Below, one piece after another: positions 30,125-40,529 of a stretch of DNA of 64,000 bases (the stretch's first letter is position 1; every line of letters starts with the position of its first letter). The notes beneath the pieces were generated by a model that was given only the letters and a program-made list of their open reading frames with translations, did no database searches and was not told where the DNA came from. The stretch is from Candidatus Bathyarchaeota archaeon (GTDB taxonomy: Archaea > Thermoproteota > Bathyarchaeia > Bathyarchaeales > Bathycorpusculaceae): the NCBI GenBank assembly GCA_963777155.1, contig CAVZPM010000036.1:32001-96000 (forward strand), written 5' to 3'. The translations under genes were made by a program, and so were the position numbers.

Positions 30125-31129
30125 TGAAGCCCACCAAGCTTCCAAGGAGTCGGATGAAGAATCACTTCAGTAGCAAACGGAGACCACCAATGCTCATTCG
30201 CAAGGTACCATTTTACAGTTGACTCAAGAGACTTCTCGAAACTAAACTTTGGTTTCCAACCCAGCTCCCTGCGAGTTTTCGTCGAATCCAAACTGTATCG
30301 TGGTGTCATGTCCAGGTCGGTCCTCCACGAACGTAATTAGGCTTTCAGGTTTCTTGAGCATAGCAATGATTTTCTTGACGATTTCAATGTTAGTAACTTC
30401 GTTACCTGCTGAGACATTGTAGATTTCGCCTGGCTTACCCTTCTCAAGCACGGTGCTTATGGCTTCGCAGTGGTCAACAACGTATATCCAGTCTCGGATG
30501 TTGGTTCCTTTGCCGTAGATGGGAATGGGAAGGTCTCGGAGTGCCCGGATTACGGTTTTAGGAATTAGTTTTTCAGGAAGCTGGTAGGGACCAAAGTTGT
30601 TGGTGCATCGTGTGATTGAAACGTTTAAGCCGAAAGTCTTGTGGTATGAGAGCACAAACATGTCTGCAGCTGCTTTTGAGGCTGAATAGGGATTAGACGG
30701 TTTAGGCGGAGTGTTCTCTGTAAAAGAGCCCTCGAGAGCTTCACCATAAACCTCATCGGTTGAAACCTGCAGAAGCCGCGCTTTATGGTTATGTCGTCTC
30801 ATGGCTTCTAGAATTGTGAAGGTGCCAAGAGTGTTGTTTTGTAGAAATACGTTTGGATCAGCGATGCTTCGGTCAACGTGTGTTTCCGCCGCGATGTTAA
30901 CTATAGCATCTACCTGATGAACCAAACGGTTCATGAGCTGAGGATTACAAATGTCGCCCTTGATGAAGGTGTACCGCTTATCATTTTCGATGTCATGCAG
31001 GCTTGCAGGGTTAGCGCCAATGCCCACTTTGTCAACATTTATCAATTCAAGGTCAGGGTGCTTTGCAAGCAGGTGCCTGCAGAAGTTGCTTCCGATAAAT
31101 CCTAAACCGCCAGTCACTAACACTTTCAT
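30121..31129 (-). pseudogene. rfbB: dTDP-glucose 4,6-dehydratase with one frameshift (~30303)
   Basis: TGGLGFIGS, AAETHVDRSI, STDEVYG, YSASK, DRPGHD / RYSLDS..LGWKP in the next frame. Confidence 0.9.
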
Positions 31130-31135
31130 AGTATA

Positions 31136-31639
31136 TCACTTATGAGGTAGATAATTCCAATCCCAAGGTTTGCCAACACGTGGATCATTCTTTTTGCCGT
31201 TGATGATTTTTGGAATAAGTGTTGGGTCATTCCATTCGCGGCGTTCTTCGTCTGGATCTTGTGGGTTATAGAGGTTGGTTGTAAAATAAAGCAGCATAGC
31301 CGGTTCATTTCCGACTGCTTTAAACCCATGCCAATAGTGCCCCGGCATACGTACCACTTGCATATCTGAGCCGCTGGAGACAACTTCATCTAGCTCGCCA
31401 GTTTTGTCGTCAAAGCCACAAATCTTAATAGTGCCCTTCAGAGCCAAAAAATAGTCGTTTTGTCCTTTAACATGTCGATGCCAAGCACGAATAACACCTG
31501 GGAACGTAAATGAGTGGTTTGCTTGGGAAATCGTGTCTTCGCCAAAGAGGTCTTTCCAGTCGGTACGCATAACCTCGCTAAAGAAGCCTCTCTCGTCTGG
31601 AAAACGCCGAATTGGCCTAATTTTTATTCCTTGCAGCAT
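31136..31639 (-). CDS. rfbC: dTDP-4-dehydrorhamnose 3,5-epimerase
   Basis: DERGFFSE, GVIRAWH, WHGF. Confidence 0.92.
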   Translation of the reverse strand: MLQGIKIRPIRRFPDERGFFSEVMRTDWKDLFGEDTISQANHSFTFPGVIRAWHRHVKGQNDYFLALKGTIKICGFDDKTGELDEVVSSGSDMQVVRMPGHYWHGFKAVGNEPAMLLYFTTNLYNPQDPDEERREWNDPTLIPKIINGKKNDPRVGKPWDWNYLPHK

Positions 31640-31707
31640 GAGTTAAACCTTGTTTTGGCTGGAAATATATCGTTTAAAAAACTTTATAATGGTTGCCCTT
31701 ATTGGCG

Positions 31708-32766
31708 TTAAACCTCAACTTCTGAGTAATCGCCAACATGCAGTTTTATGGTTCTGTTCCTCTGGTTACGGGTGACCTTAGCGTTTTTGCCAATCAAACT
31801 GTCCTCAAGCCGCTCAATGTCTTTGACGGTTACGCTGTCCTGAATAACGCAGTATTCGATGTTGGAGCAAAGAATCTTAGAGTTATCACCAACGCTTGAG
31901 TAAGGTCCAATAAACGAGTTCTCGACATATGCATTCTTACCTATAACGCATGGTCCCCTGATTGTGCTGTTGATTATTTTTGCGTCAGGCATCACTTTGA
32001 CTCTACCATCCAGAGTGCTGTTTGTTACAGTGCCTTTCACGTCTAACTCGATGTATTCATCCAGAATCTTTGCGTTAGCAGATAGGATGTCGTCTTTTTT
32101 GCCCGTATCAAGCCACCAGGAACGCAGGATTTCAGCCTTAACCGAAAAACCCATATTAATCATTTCTTGGATGGCATCGGTAATTTCTAGTTCGCCGCGC
32201 CATGACGGCTTGATTTTTTCTATGGCTTGATGGACTTTGCTGGAGAACAGGTAGGTGCCGATTATTGCCAAGTTGCCCATTGGAGTCTTAGGTTTCTCCA
32301 CGAGTTTCACTATGTTGCCTTTTTCATCTAGCTGTGCTATGCCAAAGGCTGAGGGGTTATCGACTTCTTTGAGAATAATAAGTGCGTCAAGATGCTCATT
32401 TTTAAATTTTTTAACAAATGTTTCCAAGCCTTGACCCGTCACGTTGTCGCCTAGACACATAACAAAAGAGTCTGAACCCAGAAAACGCTTAGCTGTCTTG
32501 ACCGCGTGTGCCAAGCCAAGCGGTTCCTGAGGAATATAGCATACATTTAGGTTCCAGCCTGAGCCATCCTTAACATAGTCCTCCACGAATTGGCCCGTTT
32601 CACGTGCAGTGATGATGCCCACTTTTTTGATTGGAGTAGCTGCCACCTGATCAAGAACGTAGCCTAGGATGGGTTTGTTAGCTACAGGAATAAGTTGTTT
32701 AGCACAGGTGAAAGTTAACGGCCTCAGCCTAGTTCCCTTACCGCCACTCAAAACAAGCGCTTTCAT
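31708..32766 (-). CDS. rfbA: Glucose-1-phosphate thymidylyltransferase (long form)
   Basis: LSGGKGTRLRPLT, KQLIPVANKP, EKP, RGELEITD, WLDTG. Confidence 0.95.
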   Translation of the reverse strand: MKALVLSGGKGTRLRPLTFTCAKQLIPVANKPILGYVLDQVAATPIKKVGIITARETGQFVEDYVKDGSGWNLNVCYIPQEPLGLAHAVKTAKRFLGSDSFVMCLGDNVTGQGLETFVKKFKNEHLDALIILKEVDNPSAFGIAQLDEKGNIVKLVEKPKTPMGNLAIIGTYLFSSKVHQAIEKIKPSWRGELEITDAIQEMINMGFSVKAEILRSWWLDTGKKDDILSANAKILDEYIELDVKGTVTNSTLDGRVKVMPDAKIINSTIRGPCVIGKNAYVENSFIGPYSSVGDNSKILCSNIEYCVIQDSVTVKDIERLEDSLIGKNAKVTRNQRNRTIKLHVGDYSEVEV

Positions 32767-32931
32767 GTCAATCCCCAACTCATAAGTAAAACAGGATATT
32801 ATGACTTGCTGTTGTCATTAAAATATTTCCTAGAGGCAATTGTAGTTGTATTACCACAACCACATAATTCTATTAACAAATAGAACAATAGCACATAACA
32901 AATCCTAATCTGCCCAAACAAAGGATGAACC

Positions 32932-33144
32932 ATGAGAAAATCTAGAGAACTTTGGTTTTCTTCTTTAATTAATGGAAAAGAAAAATGCAAATTCACTGGT
33001 TCATGCAGACTATACTCAAACGCAAGCTACACGTGCACACATACAGGCGGAAGCTACTGCGGCAAATACAGAAAACTAAGCCGAACCCCAGAAAACAAAA
33101 AAGTTCAAACCCCCTTCCTTATACAAAATCTACTGCAAAATTAA
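32932..33144 (+). CDS. Small Cys-rich hypothetical protein
   Basis: C..C..C..YCGKYR four-Cys pattern. Confidence 0.6.
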   Translation: MRKSRELWFSSLINGKEKCKFTGSCRLYSNASYTCTHTGGSYCGKYRKLSRTPENKKVQTPFLIQNLLQN

Positions 33145-33180
33145 TGGCTTCTCCTAAATCTTAGATAAGCGTCTATGGCA

Positions 33181-34782
33181 CTATTCAGCGGTGGCGTTTC
33201 TATCTTCACGTTGTAGAACATTCATTAACTTTCCAACTAATTTAATGATAATAGCCAACGGTTTTCGCAGAGGCCCCATTGCATTGGCGATACCGCTGAT
33301 ATTCTCCAGATCAGCCTTTTTCACGGTTTTGGTAACTACCGCTAGAAGTATGAAAGCAATCATGAAGACTACGACGCCTAAAACAAGTTGCACTGGATTG
33401 CTAAACGGCATAAGAGACACTGCAAAATAGGTAATCAACCCAGTTAAGCCTGAAGAGAACGTAATTTTCGCTGAAGACCCCCAGTCTAAACCCACATCAA
33501 ACTTTTTCTTAATGAAACGTAGGCTTAAGAATAAGGCTGGAAGTCCAACAATCGTTGTTGTTACTATCAAACCGATAATTCCGAATTGGGAAACCAACAC
33601 AAAACTCAAAGGAAAACCAATAGCTACCGTGAGAAGCCCCAACCACAGGTTGTACCTTGTGTATCCTTGACCATTAATTAAGTTTCCAGCACTTAGGCTT
33701 CCTAAAGCTGAAAACAGGTAAATCACCGCTAGCAAAGCAAGGTAAAGAGGAGCCTGAACATACTTGTCTGCGAAGATGGTGTTGATTGCGGGTTGCGACA
33801 GAGCCATAACCAGCGTAGTAACGGGCATAATAATAAGTGCCGCGTACTTAACTGAATACTGGAAAACGTTCTTGAGGGTTTCCTTATCTTTTTTGGCATC
33901 CAATTTGGAGAAGGCCGGAAACAGCATGGTTGTTACTGGAGTGGCAAAGAAATTGATTAAAACTACAAAGTTCACCGCCACAGAATAGTTGCCGATCAAC
34001 GAGTTGTCAGTTACGAAGTACGCCATTATAAAACTGTAGAATTGAGTAAGAAACCCAGTTAAGATTGCGCCTATCGAAAGTGGCAATCCATACACAAGCA
34101 TAGTTCTAACCGTCTTAGACAACTCTAGTTTGCCATCTCTAGATTTAGGCAAAGACCTATAGATAGTGTACATTAGCAACACACCGGACAAACCTGCAAC
34201 CAAGACGCCTATTGAAAAACCGATAACGGCGCCAAGAGTACCTAAACCAAAAACCACAAGCCCAATAATTAGAGTCGTCTTAATCAAGGATTGAACAATC
34301 AACATGACGCTGTTTAGATGCATCTTTTCCATGCCTGTGAAAGCTGAGGTTGCGGTGTTAACTAGTGCGCCAGTCAAGATGTACAAAGAAGATATCTGAA
34401 TTAACCCAACGATGGCTGGACGACCATAGAAGTCTGCTAGAAACTGGGAAAGCCCAAAAGACAAAAAAGTAAGGGCTAAACCAACGAGAATCTCGAAAAC
34501 TAACCCTGAAACAAACACACTTCTTATCTTGGCTACATTATTTTCGCTGTTGTATTCTGCGGAGTACTTTATCATGGCGGTGGTTACGCCCCAATCCCTG
34601 AACGTGGCAATCAGGTTGGGAGCAGCAAGAGCAATAGTGTATAAGCCCATGTTGTCTGCGCCTAGAAGTCTGGCGATAAATATTGTGCCGACCGCTGAGA
34701 TAACGGTGGAGAGCACCAGACCCCATAGTAGGTGGAAGCCGCCTTTAGCTGAAACCTTCGCCATCTCCGTAGCCTTAGACAA
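33181..34782 (-). CDS. Oligosaccharide flippase (MOP/Wzx-like)
   Basis: About 14 TM segments, IARLLG, MLFPAFSK; paralog of 43758-45341. Confidence 0.9.
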   Translation of the reverse strand: MSKATEMAKVSAKGGFHLLWGLVLSTVISAVGTIFIARLLGADNMGLYTIALAAPNLIATFRDWGVTTAMIKYSAEYNSENNVAKIRSVFVSGLVFEILVGLALTFLSFGLSQFLADFYGRPAIVGLIQISSLYILTGALVNTATSAFTGMEKMHLNSVMLIVQSLIKTTLIIGLVVFGLGTLGAVIGFSIGVLVAGLSGVLLMYTIYRSLPKSRDGKLELSKTVRTMLVYGLPLSIGAILTGFLTQFYSFIMAYFVTDNSLIGNYSVAVNFVVLINFFATPVTTMLFPAFSKLDAKKDKETLKNVFQYSVKYAALIIMPVTTLVMALSQPAINTIFADKYVQAPLYLALLAVIYLFSALGSLSAGNLINGQGYTRYNLWLGLLTVAIGFPLSFVLVSQFGIIGLIVTTTIVGLPALFLSLRFIKKKFDVGLDWGSSAKITFSSGLTGLITYFAVSLMPFSNPVQLVLGVVVFMIAFILLAVVTKTVKKADLENISGIANAMGPLRKPLAIIIKLVGKLMNVLQREDRNATAE

Positions 34783-35243
34783 ACCTCTCTATCCTCCAAT
34801 CTGAGTCTTTACGAGTTAACTCTTGTTTGTAATGTACCGTTTATCACTTTTGGTTTCCATAAGCTTCTTTATCTGACATAACCTGCTTGATCAATAGCAA
34901 TGTTTGTCTAGTTTTCTTATTGGTTGTTGTTGGATTGTCCTGTGTGTAGGGGCGTTTTTTCTGATTGTTTTTTAGGGTTTGTTTTGGGTTTGGGTTGTGG
35001 TTTGGCGTTTGTCTGGTTGTAGTAGTGGATATGGAAGAGCTTTTCCCATGTTGATTTAGCAGATTTTAGGCTTCTTGTGGACATTTTCAACATAGTTGGT
35101 CAAACCAACACCTATGGTTGCCGTGTTCCAATTTTGTCTATAAATTGTTTGAAATAAGAAAATAACAAGAATGTTTTGATTTTATCAGAACAGAAAGCGG
35201 CACCATATATCTTAACGTATCATAAAGTTTTATAAGTGTACAA

Positions 35244-35492
35244 TTGAGATCCAAATCCATGGCGCGAATATCAAGAATCCGAGCTATGTTTTTGATACCA
35301 TTTGCATCAATATTCTTTCTTCTCGGATGGATCGCATTCTACATCGGATCGATAGGTAGCTACCAAAAAGTTTTAGCTAAACCCCTAAACAACCTACAGA
35401 ACATAATTACCCTAGAAAATCAACAGATCATAGCCATTCCTAATCTTCAGAAGCAACCTATAAGCCAATCCATCTTGCCCCCAAAAAAATGA
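35244..35492 (+). CDS. Small membrane protein
   Basis: One TM segment (FLIPFASIFFLLGWIAFYIG). Confidence 0.55.
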   Translation: MRSKSMARISRIRAMFLIPFASIFFLLGWIAFYIGSIGSYQKVLAKPLNNLQNIITLENQQIIAIPNLQKQPISQSILPPKK

Positions 35493-35692
35493 ACGAATCC
35501 AAACATAATATTGTCGGGTGCCATGTCTTAGACATCTACCAGTTCTTATTTCTTAAATGACTCTGCTTCATCGAGGATAAGTTGCATTTAGTATTCTAAA
35601 TTCATAAAACATACTAATCAAGTGCAAAATAGAAGACTAACGGAATCTTTCACTTTTGAGCTCTAAGCTCTCAAGGTGGATGCAAAAGAAAC

Positions 35693-36538
35693 ATGACGAA
35701 AAAAAGAGCGCTGTTGAAGAAAAGCATACTCCTCGCAGTACTAGTAATGACCCTTACTTTGGAAGCTTCTTTGACGATGGAAAACACCCATGCCGCAACG
35801 CCTGCTCCAACCCCAGAACCAGCATCTACCTCCAAAGTCGCCCCTCCACCAGTCGCAACATCCAAGTTCGCCTATGAAGCCGAAGGCAACCAAAAATCAA
35901 GCTTACCAGCCCCAAAAACCATAACCCTCTGCAACTATACGACACCACCCGACACCGGCACAATCACACAAATCAGCATTCGTCTAACGGGGATCCCAGA
36001 AGGCTCACAAGTCAGAGCAATAATCTATTCAAACGACCCTGATTCAAATTTACCTCAAGTAGGAGAACCGCTTTTGCAAACCTATGCCTTGAACGTAACG
36101 TCGGTTTCTGGTGAATGGTACAATTTCAAAATGAACTACTCTGCGTCTCCGAACACTGTATACTGGTTAGGATATTATTCAGACAACTACACTCAATACT
36201 TTTTTGATAACAACAATGACCATATTTCACTGACCTCACAAACCAGAGACGAAAATTCACCGTTGATTCCGGTATTATCATGGCGTTACATTGGAAAAAC
36301 AATTATGAGCCTGTATGCGCAATACACGATAGCAGACCCCACATATACTCCAACTACAATAAACACGCCTCAACGTACTCCAACTCCGATTAACACGGAT
36401 TCCACTATTTCCAGTAGCCCTGGACTGGCTCAGAGTATTCAAGAAACATTTTTTGTGCTACTAATCATGGGTGCCGAAGCAACAATTGTAGTATCAGAAC
36501 AAAGCCACAAAAAAAAGAACCCTACCAACAAACAATAA
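35693..36538 (+). CDS. Secreted/surface protein, beta domain between PT linkers
   Basis: Signal peptide, PT linkers, weak C-terminal TM plus KKK. Confidence 0.8.
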   Translation: MTKKRALLKKSILLAVLVMTLTLEASLTMENTHAATPAPTPEPASTSKVAPPPVATSKFAYEAEGNQKSSLPAPKTITLCNYTTPPDTGTITQISIRLTGIPEGSQVRAIIYSNDPDSNLPQVGEPLLQTYALNVTSVSGEWYNFKMNYSASPNTVYWLGYYSDNYTQYFFDNNNDHISLTSQTRDENSPLIPVLSWRYIGKTIMSLYAQYTIADPTYTPTTINTPQRTPTPINTDSTISSSPGLAQSIQETFFVLLIMGAEATIVVSEQSHKKKNPTNKQ

Positions 36539-36737
36539 CTCAATTTCAACGCCTATTTACAGGAACCAAACAAAATAAGCTCGCGTTTTTCGCAACTGCA
36601 ACCACAATAGCCGTTGTGGTTGTTGTTTTGAGACGAAAGAAACTAACGGCTAAAAAAGTAATTTCCAAATTCATATTTAAAGTTCATAAGTTTTTAAAAA
36701 GGGTCCCCACATAGTGCTAAAACAATTAGTGATCTAA

Positions 36738-37022
36738 ATGTCAAATGTAACACTAAAAAAAGAGAACAACTCAAAAGACGAAGATATCCTCAATTCGTTC
36801 CAAAGCCTAGAAGTTGACAAAGCACGTCTTAGTGAACAAAAAGAACACCTAACAGCCCTTCTAAACCAACTGGAAATCAAAGCCAAAGAAGAATACGAAA
36901 AAAGAAAACGAAAATTAGAAAAACTAAATTCAGAAGTCACATACCTAAAACAAAGATGCGAAAAATTCACAAGCTTCATAGACTCCCAATCAACCGTGGA
37001 GTGTACCCAAGCTGGAATCTAG
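36738..37022 (+). CDS. Small coiled-coil protein
   Basis: 94 aa, heptad-rich E/K/L. Confidence 0.7.
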   Translation: MSNVTLKKENNSKDEDILNSFQSLEVDKARLSEQKEHLTALLNQLEIKAKEEYEKRKRKLEKLNSEVTYLKQRCEKFTSFIDSQSTVECTQAGI

Positions 37023-37110
37023 AAACATACTAACACAACTCTTCAATAGTAAACAAACATACTACCTGCTATTCCTATGGGCACTTACGTGGTTCTCATA
37101 TGGATTATTT

Positions 37111-37632
37111 ATGAAAAATCAAATAAATATTCTAAATATTACTGGCGCTGCTATTTCAGCGAGCTTTATTGTATTTTTATATTTTCTGCCCTCGCTTAAT
37201 CTATTATCTCTTATAAAAAGTAGGAGCATTGCCAAAACCCAGAAAACCCAAACTCAGCAGTTACCAAATTTAAGAAGATATAAAAAAGCACTTCCTCCAA
37301 CGCTTCCTCCAACCTTGGCTGATACCTGCATCTCCCCAAGTATTATAAACCAAAAAGAAGAAACCGAATCCATTAAGCAACCCGAATCCACAGAACTAAC
37401 AAACATACCTGAAACACAAGAACCCAACCCCCCTCAAGAAATTACTGAAATTGAAACACAGGAACTCGAATGTATAAAATTAGAAGACACCCCCCAGCAG
37501 CTACCTTCAAAGTCAAATGGTTGTCCAAAAAATCTAGACTACTATACCAAGAAACCAAGACCAAAACAAACACCAGAAGAATGCATCACCTGCAAAAACC
37601 TAATCAACTGCGTATGCCTCACAAGCAACTAA
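37111..37632 (+). CDS. Membrane-anchored protein with C-terminal Cys cluster
   Basis: N-terminal TM, disordered P/E/T linker, CP..LDY..PEECITCKNLINC. Confidence 0.7.
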   Translation: MKNQINILNITGAAISASFIVFLYFLPSLNLLSLIKSRSIAKTQKTQTQQLPNLRRYKKALPPTLPPTLADTCISPSIINQKEETESIKQPESTELTNIPETQEPNPPQEITEIETQELECIKLEDTPQQLPSKSNGCPKNLDYYTKKPRPKQTPEECITCKNLINCVCLTSN

Positions 37633-37712
37633 CAACACTTTCCGTAGGTTGTTGTATACTCTAAGCAACCACAAATCTTCTTATTCGCTCTTTTGGAAGG
37701 ATAAATCTATTA

Positions 37713-37853
37713 TTGGAGAGGATACTTGTAGCTAAATGTCCCAACTGCGGAAAAGAAGTGTACAAGCCCTTCCGCTCATTAAGTAACCATTTTTTCCATG
37801 TTGAAGCTTACCTTTGCGAAGGCTGTCAGACATGCTTCAAAGTGGCCGAATAA
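37713..37853 (+). CDS. 46-aa Zn-ribbon microprotein, Cren7-like spacing
   Basis: Hand translation ..AKCPNCGKEVYKPFRSLSNHFFHVEAYLCEGCQTCFKVAE; start uncertain. Confidence 0.65.
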   Translation: MERILVAKCPNCGKEVYKPFRSLSNHFFHVEAYLCEGCQTCFKVAE

Positions 37854-37921
37854 GACATTTTGATAATTCTGTTTTTAGGAAAAATTTTTAAACACTTAGG
37901 TATGACTAAAATTTTGCGGGG

Positions 37922-38149
37922 TTGGTGCCTCTGGATAGATTGCAAGCTATGGCTATGTTGAAAGAATTAGTGGATAATGACTTAGTTGAGCCTTCATACG
38001 TTTCAATGGTTCAATCGAAACCTAACCACTTCCTGATCCAAATAAAATGTGATTATAATAAAATGGAAATTGAGAGGCATGCAAAAAAACACGGCTTAAC
38101 TATAATTGAGGATAAGGAAAGAAAATACTTAACGATTTTTAAGCCGTAA
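37922..38149 (+). CDS. Hypothetical protein
   Basis: 75-aa ORF, TATA-like TTTTTAAA upstream. Confidence 0.65.
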   Translation: MVPLDRLQAMAMLKELVDNDLVEPSYVSMVQSKPNHFLIQIKCDYNKMEIERHAKKHGLTIIEDKERKYLTIFKP

Positions 38150-38473
38150 GCCGTTTTAGCCTTGAGCCTATCAAACAAGTTAGCCCACAATCCACCTGTG
38201 AATGCATAAGACCAATAAAATGCTAATTTGCCGCTAAAACTGGATACCCTATCTGACTGTTGCGATACTCACTTTAGAATAACACATGATTCTCAATAAA
38301 AAAATAGTTTATGGCGAAAACCATTTTTTAGTTTAATTCAAAGAAGCCTATTTTATTGCAAAAATAATACTGAAAATGCATTTTTATAGGCATTAGACAA
38401 AAAGCTATTAAGCAAGTTAGCTCCTACAAACATTTGTCTGGAAAAAACTCTCAGATAAAACGAAAGGGTTCTT

Positions 38474-38569
38474 ATGAAAAAAAACGAGCCTGAAAGGTCG
38501 GCATCTGAACAGAAGTTCATTGAAGACACCATAAATTATCTAAAAAAAAGAGAAAAAAAGAACAGATAA
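38474..38569 (+). CDS. 31-aa charged microprotein
   Basis: MKKNEPERSASEQKFIEDTINYLKKREKKNR. Confidence 0.3.
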   Translation: MKKNEPERSASEQKFIEDTINYLKKREKKNR

Positions 38570-38819
38570 TAATTTCTGAGTTTTGAGTCCTAAAATATTT
38601 AAAGATAATAAAAAAAAGATCATTATTACAATGCGGGGACTAATTTTCTATTAGTTAACCGTTGAGCAAGTCTCCCTCTCCTACGACGGTTGGAGTGGGG
38701 ACATAGCGGGCAAAGAGGACTAATCAACACATTTACAGTTCCTGTCTTAATGTCATACTCTGGGTTTAAGGATTAAAATTTTAATCCCCCGATTATAGAT
38801 GAAACGTAGCAGTCAGAGA

Positions 38820-39236
38820 CTAATCATTACGAGCTATTTGCACTGTTAAATCCAATTTCCAAAGTCGACGAGCACTCCAAAAAACAGCAATCCATGACAA
38901 AATTGTAAGTACAGCTAATAATCCAGACTGAATAATGTATCGGTAATATTGCATATCTGTCTGGTTCACGGGAACAACCATAGTAATTACAGCTCCTATC
39001 GGTGTTTTTGGCCATGGAAGAAAAGTGTATCCAGGAGTTGGCCACTTGAGAGTCCCTTCATAGTCGTGAACATAAGAGGCCACATAGTAAGCAGAAACAC
39101 CGTAGACAGAAATGACCAGCGCTATCAGAATAAAAACAGCTAACGTCGTCTTTGCTTTTCTACTGTTTTTCATGCTACTCGGTTTACTATCAAGTTTTAT
39201 AGTCTTATATTTTTCCATAGACAGCTCAAATCTCAA
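38820..39236 (-). CDS. Membrane protein (2 TM)
   Basis: Two hydrophobic segments flanking a luminal loop. Confidence 0.7.
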   Translation of the reverse strand: MRFELSMEKYKTIKLDSKPSSMKNSRKAKTTLAVFILIALVISVYGVSAYYVASYVHDYEGTLKWPTPGYTFLPWPKTPIGAVITMVVPVNQTDMQYYRYIIQSGLLAVLTILSWIAVFWSARRLWKLDLTVQIARND

Positions 39237-39306
39237 GGAATCTTGGGGTTTAGAGACTTGGACAAGACTTATAGGTCTGCAATGTTACGCTTTGTTGGTT
39301 TTTGAA

Positions 39307-39387
39307 ATGAAAAATGAAATATTCGGTTTCGAAGAAGAAGAGGATTGCGAAGACTGCGATTGTGACGACTGCGAGGATGAAGAGTAA
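39307..39387 (+). CDS. 26-aa acidic Cys-rich micropeptide
   Basis: MKNEIFGFEEEEDCEDCDCDDCEDEE; TTATA upstream, T-rich tract downstream. Confidence 0.45.
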   Translation: MKNEIFGFEEEEDCEDCDCDDCEDEE

Positions 39388-39651
39388 AAATCCTTTACTC
39401 CACTTTCCTTTTTTCTACATGGATGCTTCAAAAAATTAGTCTATTTCCCTAAGAAACCAGCATACCTACAGCGCTACCATAAGTTACTATCAGGTGTTCC
39501 CTCCCGTTATGGAGCCAGAATCAGACTACTTCACAACCTTCACCGTTTATGCGCCCTCTGGACAAAAAACATTCCAAAGACTTTGCCTAGCCTAAACGTC
39601 TATAGAACTTTTCCAGTAGACTTATAACAAGTTTTCAAGAATTAATTATTC

Positions 39652-39780
39652 ATGAGATGTAAGAACTGCGGGCACCTTATCTGGGTTCCAGATGAAGTTG
39701 CCGACAAAGGCACAGTTTATAAACATAAACAATCCAACCATAGCATGTACTGCCCATGCAGAAAACCTGAACCAACATAG
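39652..39780 (+). CDS. 42-aa Zn-finger microprotein
   Basis: MRCKNCGHLIWVPDEVADKGTVYKHKQSNHSMYCPCRKPEPT; CTTATAA ~30 bp upstream. Confidence 0.65.
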   Translation: MRCKNCGHLIWVPDEVADKGTVYKHKQSNHSMYCPCRKPEPT

Positions 39781-40149
39781 TTCTGTTTTTAACCGTTTAT
39801 TTTTTGTACATAAAATTTTTCCCTCCGGTCGTGGGGGGAAGGACTTATTGCTTGACACAAAGAATTGAGGGCTTGGCAAATCCCCGAAACTATAGGAAGA
39901 GAATAATGGTGCAGTTTTGATTGGAGAGAAGACTTTTTTGATTCGCCAAGCCCTACCTGTCAGGCTTTGCATTTGCTCCTGCAAATATAAGAAAACTAGA
40001 ACACGAATAAAAGAAAATGTGGTAGTGCCTAAGCAACAACAAACTATCCACTTTTACTTGCCCCTACTATCCCACAGAGTTGTTTTAGCAAATTATCTTT
40101 TAATGAAAACACAGAACAGTTTCTTATAGGTTTTTTTGATTATTTCACT

Positions 40150-40332
40150 TTAGCTAAGCCTTGCGATGCTTGCGGCAACATAGTCGGCGGTGGAGTCTAC
40201 TGGTGTCCTAAATGCAGAATCTGTTCTTGTGGTCTCTGCCATTTTCAGTTACTATTCAAACAGAAGAAGAAATACCCAAAAAGCGTTGATTTAGTCTGCC
40301 CGATGCGCGGTGGGCAATTCGAATCCTCGTGA
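40150..40332 (+). pseudogene. ZZ/RING-like multi-Cys microprotein lacking a canonical start; last Cys replaced by Arg
   Basis: AKPCDACGNIVGGGVYWCPKCRICSCGLC...LVCPMRGG; TTA stands where TTG would be expected. Confidence 0.5.
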
Positions 40333-40529
40333 GTTTTTTGTGCATTAATATTGGTTCGCCAGCTAATCTTTTGTTAGTTAAGAAAATTGATTTAACTTGA
40401 TCATCTATAGGGTTACCGAACTAGGCTGTGCTACAAGACATGTTCCAATTTGGAACAATTTGTTTTTGTTTGTTCCATCAATAGAACTAAAAGCAGTCAA
40501 ATCATACTACATCACCAAGACACTGACGG

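Noticed and set aside
38670-38702. GC-rich imperfect hairpin in AT-rich intergenic DNA
   Set aside because: Single imperfect stem without recognisable ncRNA motifs; insufficient support
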